Below are positions 49,855-58,895 of a stretch of DNA of 64,000 nt, in pieces. Made by a program: the position numbers and the translations under genes. The notes below the pieces were generated by a model. It saw only the letters and a list, made by a program, of their open reading frames with translations, ran no database searches and was not told the origin of the DNA. Origin of the DNA: Bacteroidota bacterium. Its GTDB lineage: Bacteria > Bacteroidota > Bacteroidia > Bacteroidales > UBA7960. The stretch covers positions 15-64,014 of the forward strand of contig REDJ01000242.1 in the NCBI GenBank assembly GCA_007693555.1, written 5' to 3'. Position 1 is the first letter of the stretch. Every line of letters begins with the position of its first letter.

Positions 49855-50241
49855 TTAACGTTTGCTGAATTGGAATTTCTTCCTTGCTTTTCTTTGGCCG
49901 GGCTTTTTGCGCTCAACCATTCGGGGATCACGACGCAACAGTCCTTTTGATTTAAGAGCGGGACGCCATTCTGCATTCACTTCCACAAGTGCCCTTGAAA
50001 TAGCCAATCTTAAAGCTTCAGCTTGTCCTTTGATTCCGCCACCATTAAGATTTACTTTTACATCATATTTGCCTTCATTGCCGGTAACTTCAAAGGGTTG
50101 ATTTACCAGATATTGCAGGATGCCGGTGGTAAAATAGTCTTTGAGTTCTCTTTTATTAACGGTCATCTGACCACTGCCTGGCTTCAGATAAATTCTGGCG
50201 ATGGCAGTTTTTCTTCTTCCTATAGTGTTAATAACTTCCAT
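49855..50241 (-). CDS. rpsI: 30S ribosomal protein S9
   Basis: GRRKTAIARIYLKPGSG and a C-terminus ..RKKFQFSKR. Confidence 0.95.
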   Translation of the reverse strand: MEVINTIGRRKTAIARIYLKPGSGQMTVNKRELKDYFTTGILQYLVNQPFEVTGNEGKYDVKVNLNGGGIKGQAEALRLAISRALVEVNAEWRPALKSKGLLRRDPRMVERKKPGQRKARKKFQFSKR

Positions 50242-50243
50242 AC

Positions 50244-50699
50244 TTACTTAATAGAATTAAGATTTATTTTTTGGGGCTTTTGAGCCTGATGGGGATGCTC
50301 ACTTCCTGCATAAATAAAAACATTGCGCAATAGAGCACTGCCAAGGCGATTTTTAGGCAACATGCCCTTAACGGCCTTTCTCACAATTTCTGTAGGGTTT
50401 TTGTCAAGCATCTGTTTTACAGTAGTAAAACGCTGACCACCAGGATATCCCGTGTGGCGAACATATTCTTTCTGATCCCATTTGTTGCCGGTGAGCTGAA
50501 TTTTCTCAGCATTAATAATGACCACATTATCACCGCAGTCAACATGAGGAGTAAAATTTACCTTGTTCTTGCCGCGTGCAATCTTGGCTACCTTGCTGGC
50601 TAGCCGGCCTAAAATTTCATTTTCCGCATCAACCAGCACCCAGTCTTTGGTTACTGTTTCCTTGTTGGCTGATGTGGTTTTATAGCTTGTTGTATTCAT
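50244..50699 (-). CDS. rplM: 50S ribosomal protein L13
   Basis: KDWVLVDAENEILGRLASKVAKIARGK and HTGYPGG. Confidence 0.95.
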   Translation of the reverse strand: MNTTSYKTTSANKETVTKDWVLVDAENEILGRLASKVAKIARGKNKVNFTPHVDCGDNVVIINAEKIQLTGNKWDQKEYVRHTGYPGGQRFTTVKQMLDKNPTEIVRKAVKGMLPKNRLGSALLRNVFIYAGSEHPHQAQKPQKINLNSIK

Positions 50700-50764
50700 T
50701 ACTCGCTTAATTTGCTGAATTTGATTTTTTTAAAACACGAAATCCCCTTAACCCAAAGGGGGTG

Positions 50765-50772
50765 CAAAGCTA
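50765..50772 (-). promoter_or_regulatory. Candidate proximal -7 box (TAgcTTTG, minus strand) for the rplM-rpsI-rpsB-tsf string
   Basis: Plus strand caaagcta, within gggtgcaaagctaaaa, 66 nt upstream of the rplM start. Confidence 0.35.
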
Positions 50773-50793
50773 AAACTAATTTTTAAATCGGGC

Positions 50794-50825
50794 AAATTTA
50801 TTAACAACTAATTGTTAATAAATTT
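50794..50825. repeat. Perfect 14 bp inverted repeat with a 4 nt spacer
   Basis: aaatttattaacaa-ctaa-ttgttaataaattt. It lies between the two candidate rplM promoter boxes. Confidence 0.9.
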
Positions 50826-50866
50826 TTAATTCAGATGTTGACAAAACGGTCTAAATTTTCAGGGTG

Positions 50867-50874
50867 CAAAGATA
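50867..50874 (-). promoter_or_regulatory. Candidate distal -7 box (TAtcTTTG, minus strand) for rplM
   Basis: Plus strand caaagata, within gggtgcaaagatagaa. This is a near-duplicate of the proximal copy, ~170 nt upstream of the rplM start. Confidence 0.35.
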
Positions 50875-50989
50875 GAAATTATTTCCTTTTGTTTTTCAAC
50901 AATTTGTAAAAAATTGCGGGAAGGGTTTTTTCTGTTTTTTGTTTAACACATATTTAAATTTTCTGATGCTTCTTTTTTTTCTAAAAGTG

Positions 50990-50997
50990 TAATTTTG
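50990..50997 (+). promoter_or_regulatory. Candidate -7 promoter box (TAatTTTG) for the DUF4105 gene
   Basis: taattttg, 48 nt upstream of the ATG at 51045. Confidence 0.45.
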
Positions 50998-51044
50998 CAA
51001 ATTGTATTTCAGTCTCTCATAGTTTACTTTCAGAAAAACATCGC

Positions 51045-52304
51045 ATGATTCGCACATCTGGTCTTCCCCTGTTCATGTTCATTGGCATTTTCCTAATATC
51101 TTCTGTTTCCAGCAGGGCAATAACACTTTCGCAGGAGGCAGAAATCAGCCTTCTGACCGCAAGCCCCGGAAATGAGCTCTATTCCGTATTCGGGCACAGT
51201 GCCATGAGAGTTATGGATTCGCAGAATAATCTCGATATTGTATTTAATTACGGTACTTTCGATTTTGACACACCAAATTTTTACCTGAAGTTTGTAAGGG
51301 GGCAGCTTTTATATAAGCTCTCTGTTACCACAATGGAATATTTCATGCTGGAATATGAATTTGATGGCCGGGCAGTTTATGAGCAGATTCTTGAACTGAC
51401 ACAGGATGAAAAGCAAGATGTGTTTGATTTCATGAGGGTAAACAGTTTGCCTGAAAATGCCTATTACCAGTACGATTTTTTTTATGATAATTGCGCCACC
51501 CGTATACGCGATCTAATTCATTACATCCTGGAGCCTGAATGGTTCCCTTTTCCGGGTATTTTACCTGAATCTTTGGCTGAAATTCGCAGCATGCTGGATT
51601 ACGAATTCGAGTATGAGCCATCTTTTGAAATGAACCGTACACTACGTGATATGCTGCAACCCTTCCTCACGGGCATGCCCTGGAGCACTTTTGGCATTGA
51701 CCTGGCTCTTGGACTTCCGGCAGACAAAATTGCCACACCATGGGATTTTATGTATTTGCCCGATGAAATGCTGATTGCATTTGCACTTGCCCGCCGTGCA
51801 GATGGTCTTCCGCTGGTGAAAGAACATCGGCTCATCCTGCAGTGCACTACTCCTATTACGCAGGCAGGTTTTTTTACCCCCAACCGTGTCATCTGGTTTG
51901 TTTTTATTATTGCTTTGGCAAGTTTTATAACTCCGGGGTTTTCAAGAATATTTGATCTGAGCTTTTTTACAATTCTTGGTATTACCGGAATTGTAATTCT
52001 CTTCCTGTGGTTTCTTACTGATCACCTTACAACAAAAAGTAATATGAATATATTGTGGGCTATTCCCACCCATCTGTATTTTATATGGGTGTCAAATTAT
52101 AAGCATATTAAAGCAACAGGAACCTTATATTTCCGTATAGTTTCTGCTATCTCATTTTTCATGTTAATCTTATGGCCCTTCATACCCCAGGGATTTAATT
52201 CTGCATTTTACCCCATAGTGCTTGCTTCATTTATTAAGTCTCTTCCTTATGCTTTTGAGGTTCCCTTTCTGTCAACCCACTTAACAGGACTTAAAAGGCA
52301 GTGA
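51045..52304 (+). CDS. DUF4105 (Lnb N-terminal periplasmic domain) membrane protein
   Basis: Signal peptide, then ISLLTASPGNELYSVFGHSAMRV (the DUF4105 signature) and a multi-TM C-terminal half. Confidence 0.65.
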   Translation: MIRTSGLPLFMFIGIFLISSVSSRAITLSQEAEISLLTASPGNELYSVFGHSAMRVMDSQNNLDIVFNYGTFDFDTPNFYLKFVRGQLLYKLSVTTMEYFMLEYEFDGRAVYEQILELTQDEKQDVFDFMRVNSLPENAYYQYDFFYDNCATRIRDLIHYILEPEWFPFPGILPESLAEIRSMLDYEFEYEPSFEMNRTLRDMLQPFLTGMPWSTFGIDLALGLPADKIATPWDFMYLPDEMLIAFALARRADGLPLVKEHRLILQCTTPITQAGFFTPNRVIWFVFIIALASFITPGFSRIFDLSFFTILGITGIVILFLWFLTDHLTTKSNMNILWAIPTHLYFIWVSNYKHIKATGTLYFRIVSAISFFMLILWPFIPQGFNSAFYPIVLASFIKSLPYAFEVPFLSTHLTGLKRQ

Positions 52305-52370
52305 CCATAAATTCATGAACAATTGTTTTTTTAGAATTGTTAGATTGCCGCAAACGTTAAGATTTTTTTT

Positions 52371-53306
52371 ATGCCTTCAGATTTAATAAATGGCTTACAT
52401 CATGTAACGGCAATCGCCGGAAGTGTAAGAAACAATGTGCGCTTTTATACTGAAATACTTGGGTTGCGATTCATAAAAAAAACCATCAATTATGACAGCC
52501 CGGAAACCTGGCATTTATATTATGGCGATGAAACAGGTAGTCCTGGCAGTGCTATTACATTTTTTCCATTCAGGGGAATTACCCGTGGCCGTTCGGGAAA
52601 CCGGTCCATGACCACGACTATGTTTTCCATAGGAGAAAACTCGATAGATTTTTGGAAAAACAGGCTAAAAACCCATCAGATAGAATTCAGAGGCCCCCAT
52701 AAAAGATTCAATGAAGAGTTTTTGATATTTGAGGATTTTGATGGTATGCCCATTGAACTCGTTGCAAATGCTGAAGATACCCGCACAGGCCGGGAAACAC
52801 CAGGAATCCCTTCAGAGCATGCCATTAAAGGTTTTTATTCAGTGCTTTTAAGTTATGCCTCCTTTGATCCTTCATTGGATTTCCTTCTGAAGTTTATGAA
52901 TCATAAAATTGTCGAAAACAATGGAGACAGAGTAAGGCTATACTCAGGGAGCAAAGTTCCGGGTTATTATGTTGACCTTATATCTCATCCTTCTTCTCCC
53001 AACCAAACACCTGGAGCAGGTACTGTTCATCATTTAGCTTTTCAGACTGATGATGAAGAAAGCCAGAAAAAAATAAGAACTATACTTCAAAATGAAGGTT
53101 ATTTTCCTTCCTCTGTAATGGATCGTCAGTATTTCCGATCCATTTATTTCAGAGAACCGGGCGGGGTTTTGTTTGAAGTTGCCACATCCGGACCGGGTTT
53201 TCTTGTTGATGAAGATATTGAAAGCCTTGGTAGTTCATTAAAACTTCCTCACTGGCTGGAAAGTCAGCGCAAAGAAATTGAGAATATGCTTGAACCTATT
53301 GATTAA
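52371..53306 (+). CDS. VOC-family ring-cleaving dioxygenase / glyoxalase-like protein (two-domain)
   Basis: INGLHHVTAIAGSVRNNVRFYTEILGLRFIKKT..WHLYYGD, and a second module with GTVHHLAFQT..YFRSIYFREPGGVLFEVAT. Confidence 0.65.
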   Translation: MPSDLINGLHHVTAIAGSVRNNVRFYTEILGLRFIKKTINYDSPETWHLYYGDETGSPGSAITFFPFRGITRGRSGNRSMTTTMFSIGENSIDFWKNRLKTHQIEFRGPHKRFNEEFLIFEDFDGMPIELVANAEDTRTGRETPGIPSEHAIKGFYSVLLSYASFDPSLDFLLKFMNHKIVENNGDRVRLYSGSKVPGYYVDLISHPSSPNQTPGAGTVHHLAFQTDDEESQKKIRTILQNEGYFPSSVMDRQYFRSIYFREPGGVLFEVATSGPGFLVDEDIESLGSSLKLPHWLESQRKEIENMLEPID

Positions 53307-53320
53307 TAAATTACGGCTCA

Positions 53321-54268
53321 TTAAGTTGCCATTGGGTGATATTCGCCTTTTAAGCCAATGGGAGTTTTGTTTCTTATATCATGTACTATTGTAATGCTGG
53401 GCCGGGCAGCTTGCAGTTCAAATCCTTTTCCATCCAAAATGTTCTGATACGTAATGGTATGTAAGTCGGTAAATCCACCACTAAACTCAAACTCCTCGCC
53501 ATCCAGCTTGATTGATCTGTAAGTAAACTGCCCTTTGGACATTATATCAGCAGGCAAATCATTTCTGTCAACACTTAAAAACCAGCGAACCCTGGCTCTC
53601 TCCAGATGAAGATATCCTGCAGCCTTATCTCTTTGACTTACATTTACAATGTTTTCCTTTACATTGCCAAAGATCCATGTAAGCATATCAAAAAAGTGAA
53701 CTCCTATATTGGTTGCCACACCACCGGATTTTTCATTATTTCCCTTCCATGAATAAAAATACCAGGCCCCACGTGATGTAATGTAGGTAAGATCAATGTC
53801 GTATATTTTATCTTCAGGCCCTTGCTCAATCCTTTCTTTTAGTGATACAACTGCATGATGGTGCCTGAGTTGAAGAATATTGTATATTTTTTTCCCGGTT
53901 TCTTTTTCTATTTCAGCAAGCCCGTCAAGATTCCAGGGGTTTAGAACCAGCGGTTTTTCGCAAATTGCGTGTGCCTGATTGCGCAAAGTCATTCTGATAT
54001 GAGAATCGTGTAAATAGTTGGGCGAACAAATACTTACATAATCTATGGATTCTTTTCCTTTGCGCCTGAGTTTATCCATGTGCCGGTCAAATCGCTCAGG
54101 TTCTGTAAAAAAATCAGCATCAGGGAAATATCCATCAATTATGCCCACGCTATCAAATGGATCAAGAGCGGCAAGAAGGTTGTTTCCTGTTTCTTTTATT
54201 GCTTTCATGTGCCTGGGAGCAATATATCCTGCAGCACCTATCAAACCGAATTGTAATGGCTTTTTCAT
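53321..54268 (-). CDS. Gfo/Idh/MocA oxidoreductase, WbpB-like UDP-sugar 3-dehydrogenase
   Basis: The N-terminus FGLIGAAGYIAPRHMKAIKETGNNLLAALDPFDSVGIID closely resembles my recollection of the WbpB/WlbA family. Rossmann fold plus a GFO_IDH_MocA C-domain. Confidence 0.65.
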   Translation of the reverse strand: MKKPLQFGLIGAAGYIAPRHMKAIKETGNNLLAALDPFDSVGIIDGYFPDADFFTEPERFDRHMDKLRRKGKESIDYVSICSPNYLHDSHIRMTLRNQAHAICEKPLVLNPWNLDGLAEIEKETGKKIYNILQLRHHHAVVSLKERIEQGPEDKIYDIDLTYITSRGAWYFYSWKGNNEKSGGVATNIGVHFFDMLTWIFGNVKENIVNVSQRDKAAGYLHLERARVRWFLSVDRNDLPADIMSKGQFTYRSIKLDGEEFEFSGGFTDLHTITYQNILDGKGFELQAARPSITIVHDIRNKTPIGLKGEYHPMAT

Positions 54269-54716
54269 TTAGAAATGATTAATTAACTAATTAGCTTCAT
54301 TTAACTCGCTTTTAAACTCCGGTTGGTCTACAATAATCCTAACGGCAAAAAGACAACCAGCATATGTCTCATTTTCAGTTTATTACAAATTAATAATCGT
54401 TTTTTTATGCAAGTTTTATTCACTTAATTATATCGAAATGAGATATTTAACCACTCAAGAAATTCACAATTGTTAATAAAGAGTATTTTTTTATATCTAA
54501 ATAAAATGCCTCTATGTTTTAAATTCGCTTCGAATTTTCAGAATTATCCTGCAAAGTTAAAAAAATATGATTGCGACAAGCGGGTATAATTGAAAGGTAG
54601 GGATTACGGGGAGAAAAACTTCAATCAAGCAGATTATATATTGAAATACAAACAGGTGGTAAAGTTTTGTTTTTGTGGGATTTGCAGAAATTTGATTTTA
54701 CCAACAATAATAAGTC

Positions 54717-55214
54717 ATGGGTAAAAACTGGTATGCATTATACACCCGGCCCAGGTTTGAAAAAAAGGCTGAAAAGTATGTACATGAGAGAGGTATCATC
54801 TGTTACTTACCTCTGGTAAAAACTTTAAGGCAGTGGAGTGATCGAAAAAAATGGGTAGAGCTCCCTCTTTTCAGTTCTTATATTTTTGTGCAAACAGATT
54901 TAGGTAATCAACATATTATACTCAATGCCCCGGGTGCAATTCGTTTTGTGAGTTTTGAGGGCAAGCCGGTAATTATACCTGAAAAGCAAATAGAAAATAT
55001 CAAATGGGTTTTATCAAGTGAAGTTACATCTGAACCCATCAATGAAAACATACCTCCGGGAGCCAGGGTGGAAATCATTAAAGGTCCTTTGAGAGGCCTG
55101 ATAGCAGAAATGGTTGAGTATAAAAAAAAGCAAAAGATTATTCTGAGGCTTGAGCAACTTGAAAAATCGGTAGAAATTCAGATTCCGGCAAGCCATGTAA
55201 AATCTGTTGAATAA
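54717..55214 (+). CDS. UpxY-family (NusG-like) transcription antiterminator
   Basis: The NGN domain WYALYTRPRFEKKAEKYVHERGIICYLPL is typical of Bacteroidales capsule-locus UpxY. The C-terminal KOW-like segment is GARVEIIKGPLRGLIAEMV. A 448 bp non-coding region precedes it. Confidence 0.8.
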   Translation: MGKNWYALYTRPRFEKKAEKYVHERGIICYLPLVKTLRQWSDRKKWVELPLFSSYIFVQTDLGNQHIILNAPGAIRFVSFEGKPVIIPEKQIENIKWVLSSEVTSEPINENIPPGARVEIIKGPLRGLIAEMVEYKKKQKIILRLEQLEKSVEIQIPASHVKSVE

Positions 55215-55306
55215 GCTGTTGGGTTTAATTTGAATAACTGGGGAAAAAAAGATGAGTTTATTTTAAGGGATAAAAATCAGATATATCACAAAACAGGTTC
55301 AATCTT

Positions 55307-55360
55307 ACAGGCATTTTAAGTAATTCACCTAAAAAGCCTGTTAACAGGCGGTTTAAATTT
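55307..55360 (+). promoter_or_regulatory. Mutually exclusive hairpins (attenuator-like) in the upxY-transferase spacer
   Basis: acaggc (55307-12) can pair with gcctgt (55336-41). Alternatively gcctg (55336-40) can pair with caggc (55345-49) across loop ttaa, followed by ggtttaaattt. cctgttaacagg is a perfect 12 nt palindrome. Confidence 0.3.
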
Positions 55361-55442
55361 GTCAGCAATACATGAAACAAGATCGCTTACCTGGTTTTTT
55401 TCAGATCATACCCCTTAAAATGTGAGACTAGTTTAGACAGCT

Positions 55443-56579
55443 ATGAAAGAAATACAAAAGCAGTTCAGGTATTTGGGCGGAGAGGTAGTACTTCAGGATA
55501 TACTTGATATTCCCGTAAAACCTGCTGAAAGACAGCTTTCAAGAATTGAAACCAACATTGCTGAAGAAGCAGGGTTAGATGTGCTTAAAATGATTTCTGC
55601 ATTTACAAATGTAAATCATCACAGCACACTGGTTTTTTCAACAGCATCTTTTTTCAATATCAATAAAATAGATAAAAGAAGCACAGAGTCTGTGGTCAAC
55701 CTGAAACGAATCAATGATATTCGTAGAATTAATAAGTTTTTTGAAGTAATAAATGAAAATACAAGCAACAACACTTTGTTCATTGGCTGTGCCGAAACAC
55801 TCGAACTCCGTAATCAAAGGTTACTAAATAAATTCCCAAGGGTTCTCAATCGTCTGTATATTTTTGGAGATTATATTTTTAAAAGAGTTTTTCCAAAATT
55901 ACCTTTTACCAAACAACTCTATTTTGCACTTACCGGAGGCCGCAACAGGGTAATCAGCAGGGCTGAAACCCTTGGAAGGCTCTACTCCTGTGGTTTTGAA
56001 GTTATTCATGAGGAAGTACATGGTTATTTGTATTATTTTGTTGCCCGCAAGATAAATAGTCCCGTTTATGACAAAAACCCCTCCTATGGGCCTTTATTCG
56101 GAATGAAACGTTCAGGGAAAAAGGGTAAAAACATAAAGGTTTATAAGTTTCGTACTATGTATCCTTTTTCCGAATATCTGCAACAATACATTTATGATAA
56201 AAACCAACTGGATGTATGCGGGAAGTTTAAAGATGATTTCAGGGTTACCGGTTTTGGAAAATTTTTACGCAAATTCTGGCTGGATGAGTTGCCTATGCTT
56301 TTCAACCTTTTAAAGGGAGATCTCAAACTTGTTGGTGTTCGACCCCTTAGCAAACAATATCAAAGTCTCTATCCTGAAGATTTGCTGGCAATGCGTCATA
56401 GATTCCGCCCCGGACTCGTACCTCCCTATTATGCAGATATGCCAAAAAATTTTGATGAAATAGTTGAGTCTGAAAGAAGATACCTTCAAAAGTATGAAAA
56501 ATGTGGCTGGTGTGCTGATGTTGATTACTTTTTCAGGGCATTTATCAACATAGTATTCCGAAATGCCAGGAGTAAATAA
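55443..56579 (+). CDS. Bacterial sugar transferase (polyprenyl-phosphate glycosyl-1-phosphate transferase catalytic domain) with an atypical soluble N-terminal domain
   Basis: C-terminal PF02397-like GPLFGMKRSGKKGKNIKVYKFRTM and FWLDELPMLFNLLKGDLKLVGVRPL. There is no 20-residue hydrophobic stretch anywhere. The N-terminal ~200 aa resemble the end of a methyltransferase-like fold (..GRLYSCGFEVIHEE..YYFVARK). Confidence 0.7.
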   Translation: MKEIQKQFRYLGGEVVLQDILDIPVKPAERQLSRIETNIAEEAGLDVLKMISAFTNVNHHSTLVFSTASFFNINKIDKRSTESVVNLKRINDIRRINKFFEVINENTSNNTLFIGCAETLELRNQRLLNKFPRVLNRLYIFGDYIFKRVFPKLPFTKQLYFALTGGRNRVISRAETLGRLYSCGFEVIHEEVHGYLYYFVARKINSPVYDKNPSYGPLFGMKRSGKKGKNIKVYKFRTMYPFSEYLQQYIYDKNQLDVCGKFKDDFRVTGFGKFLRKFWLDELPMLFNLLKGDLKLVGVRPLSKQYQSLYPEDLLAMRHRFRPGLVPPYYADMPKNFDEIVESERRYLQKYEKCGWCADVDYFFRAFINIVFRNARSK

Positions 56580-56608
56580 TTCCGGCTATTCATAATTATT
56601 ATTGCACT

Positions 56609-57361
56609 TCAGGGGAAAAACAAAAGTTTTGTTCCGGCTCCCAGTATTACAATCACAAGCACATACCTTACAAATGAAGCACCCCAGCTTACTGCGTATT
56701 TACTGGCAAAATAGGCTCCAATGGAATTTCCTGCCGCCAATACCAAACCGGCCACAATATCAATCTGACCTTTGTATATAAATACTGCCAATGCAAAAGG
56801 AGTAAAAATCAGATTTATAAAAACCTTTAACGCATTTGCCTTAACAAGATCATATCCTGCATTCAATACAAGTGCACTCAGCAGAAAGATTCCCACACCT
56901 GCTTGAATAAAACCGCCATATGCACCTATAAAAAGGAAAATCAAAAATCTTAGGATAAGATTTGGGCTCATTTCCTCAGGACTGCTTCCCTGCAGCCACT
57001 TTCTTGGTTTTAAAAATATGGGAACCAACATAATAAATAACACCACACCTACCGTAATTTCCACAGCCCTGTCATCCAACTCAAGTACAATAAATGCGCC
57101 TGCAACAGAACCAAGAATACTGGGTATGGCAACTTTCCAACCCATTTTAACATCGAGAACTTTTTGCCGCTTGAAGTTCCATGTGCTTACAATATTCTGA
57201 AACAATATGCCAATACGATTGGTACCATTGGCAACATGCGGGGGCAGTCCAATAAACATAAGAATGGGCAAACTGATAAGAGATCCGCTACCGGCCAGTG
57301 TATTGATTATACCACAGACAACACCTGTGATTAGAACTAAAATGATGTGCTCCCAGGACAT
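56609..57361 (-). CDS. TauE/SafE family sulfite/anion exporter
   Basis: 250 aa with 7-8 TM helices. Duplicated motifs G.GSLISLPILMFIGLPPHVANGTNR and GAYGGFIQAGVGIF. Confidence 0.7.
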   Translation of the reverse strand: MSWEHIILVLITGVVCGIINTLAGSGSLISLPILMFIGLPPHVANGTNRIGILFQNIVSTWNFKRQKVLDVKMGWKVAIPSILGSVAGAFIVLELDDRAVEITVGVVLFIMLVPIFLKPRKWLQGSSPEEMSPNLILRFLIFLFIGAYGGFIQAGVGIFLLSALVLNAGYDLVKANALKVFINLIFTPFALAVFIYKGQIDIVAGLVLAAGNSIGAYFASKYAVSWGASFVRYVLVIVILGAGTKLLFFP

Positions 57362-57380
57362 ATGTAATTTTATGAAGATA

Positions 57381-57388
57381 CAAACCTA
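57381..57388 (-). promoter_or_regulatory. Candidate -7 promoter box (TAggTTTG, minus strand) for the TauE gene
   Basis: Plus strand caaaccta, 20 nt upstream of the start at 57361. The short leader lowers confidence. Confidence 0.3.
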
Positions 57389-57426
57389 ATACTTTTTTGA
57401 ACATTCAGGCAAAATTCTAAAAGAAA

Positions 57427-58524
57427 TCAAACCGGTTTCTCAGGAATATCTTCATCATTTTTTATTTCGGGGATTTGTTTTTTACCATATACTCTTTTGA
57501 GCCAATGAGGCAAAATAATTGCCCCAATAAACAGGTAAGGATAATAACTGATTGTGCGCCATAATAACCCCAGTGCCGGAGTAAGCCCTGCCGGAATAAA
57601 CTCACCAAGAAACCCGCTGAATACAAATTCAGCCACGCCGCTTCCCCCTGGAGTAGGGCTTATTAAAAGGATTACCCACATCACAAGCTGACGGGCAAAA
57701 ATAAGAAACTGATCTCCGCCTGATACAAATGCCATAATCAGGAAATTTACAACCAAAAACCTGCCCGTCCAGGAAAAAAATGTCCCCGCAAATGCTTTTA
57801 TCCAGAAAATAAAAGGCTTTCCCTTCATTTCTTTTGACGTAATGATGATTTCATTTCCCGTTTCTGCAGCCTTTAATCTCCATTTTCTTAGAAAGGGTAT
57901 TTTGAAGATGGTAAGAAGGATTAGTTTGGTCCCTCTTGGGTTAACAAAAACTCCGTATATAATTATTGTTGTGAGTACAAGAATAAATAAATAACCTATT
58001 AAAAAGATTCCCTGAGTACCAAATCTTGTATTGAGAAAAACATATTCGCCTTCAGTTGTAAATAGATATTGAGTGCCAACAATAATTATCATCAGCGGCA
58101 CCATCAAAATATAAAACAACTCATCAAGAAAGGCAGTAATCAATACAATTGCCGTGGTTCTCCCCATGCTAACACCCTCTTTATTAACAATATAAAGAGC
58201 AATGGCAGAGCCTCCGATAATAGATGGGGTAATTGCTGAAGCAAACTCCCACAGCATGATTACATCAAAACTCCTTCTCCAGGAAATCTGCCCGTCAGTC
58301 AATACTCTTAAACGATACATGTATCCCACATCCCTTACCACCATCATCATCAGAGCCATGAAGATAAAAAAATAGGATTGCCCAACCCAGCTGATGCCGA
58401 TAAAGGCATCCCGATCAAAACTACGGATGAACAAAAAAGTCGCAACACTCAGCCCTAAAACAATAGGAATGAGTATACGCCTGAACCTGAAATAAGAAAG
58501 TACTTTTTTGTGTTGTTTATCCAT
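57427..58524 (-). CDS. Flippase-like / lysylphosphatidylglycerol-synthase TM-domain (UPF0104) membrane protein
   Basis: 365 aa with ~8 TM helices. SPTPGGSGVAEFVFSGFL is typical of the LPG_synthase_TM family. Confidence 0.5.
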   Translation of the reverse strand: MDKQHKKVLSYFRFRRILIPIVLGLSVATFLFIRSFDRDAFIGISWVGQSYFFIFMALMMMVVRDVGYMYRLRVLTDGQISWRRSFDVIMLWEFASAITPSIIGGSAIALYIVNKEGVSMGRTTAIVLITAFLDELFYILMVPLMIIIVGTQYLFTTEGEYVFLNTRFGTQGIFLIGYLFILVLTTIIIYGVFVNPRGTKLILLTIFKIPFLRKWRLKAAETGNEIIITSKEMKGKPFIFWIKAFAGTFFSWTGRFLVVNFLIMAFVSGGDQFLIFARQLVMWVILLISPTPGGSGVAEFVFSGFLGEFIPAGLTPALGLLWRTISYYPYLFIGAIILPHWLKRVYGKKQIPEIKNDEDIPEKPV

Positions 58525-58627
58525 CTTCGTAATCTTGCCAAATTGCTAAGGAATTACATAATTAATTAAGCAGAAAGCTTTCTGTTTTATTAAAAATTAA
58601 ATTATAATAAATAATCTCAAAAACTTG

Positions 58628-58635
58628 CAAAGATA
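58628..58635 (-). promoter_or_regulatory. Candidate -7 promoter box (TAtcTTTG, minus strand) for the 57427-58524 gene
   Basis: Plus strand caaagata (within cttgcaaagataaac), 104 nt upstream of the start. Confidence 0.35.
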
Positions 58636-58738
58636 AACACATAAGGTTACCAAATTATGAAACCTGATGCTTACTTAACCCTTCTGAAAAAGAATTGTTG
58701 ATAACTCGTTAAAATAAAAAAACACACCAAGGGTCGGC

Positions 58739-58774
58739 CAATATGGCGCCTTTTTAAAAAAAGGCGCCATATTG
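58739..58774. repeat. Perfect 12 bp GC-containing inverted repeat extended by a T5/A7 centre (strong hairpin or operator)
   Basis: caatatggcgcc-tttttaaaaaaa-ggcgccatattg. On the plus strand it is followed by tcttgttttggggtttattttttt. It lies ~120 nt upstream of hsp20. Confidence 0.9.
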
Positions 58775-58895
58775 TCTTGTTTTGGGGTTTATTTTTTTGA
58801 GTTTTTAAATTGGAATAACATTTGACCATCAGGAAGTGAAATAAAAAAAATAGCGAATTAATTCAATTAATCAAATAACATAGGAGACCCAATTT

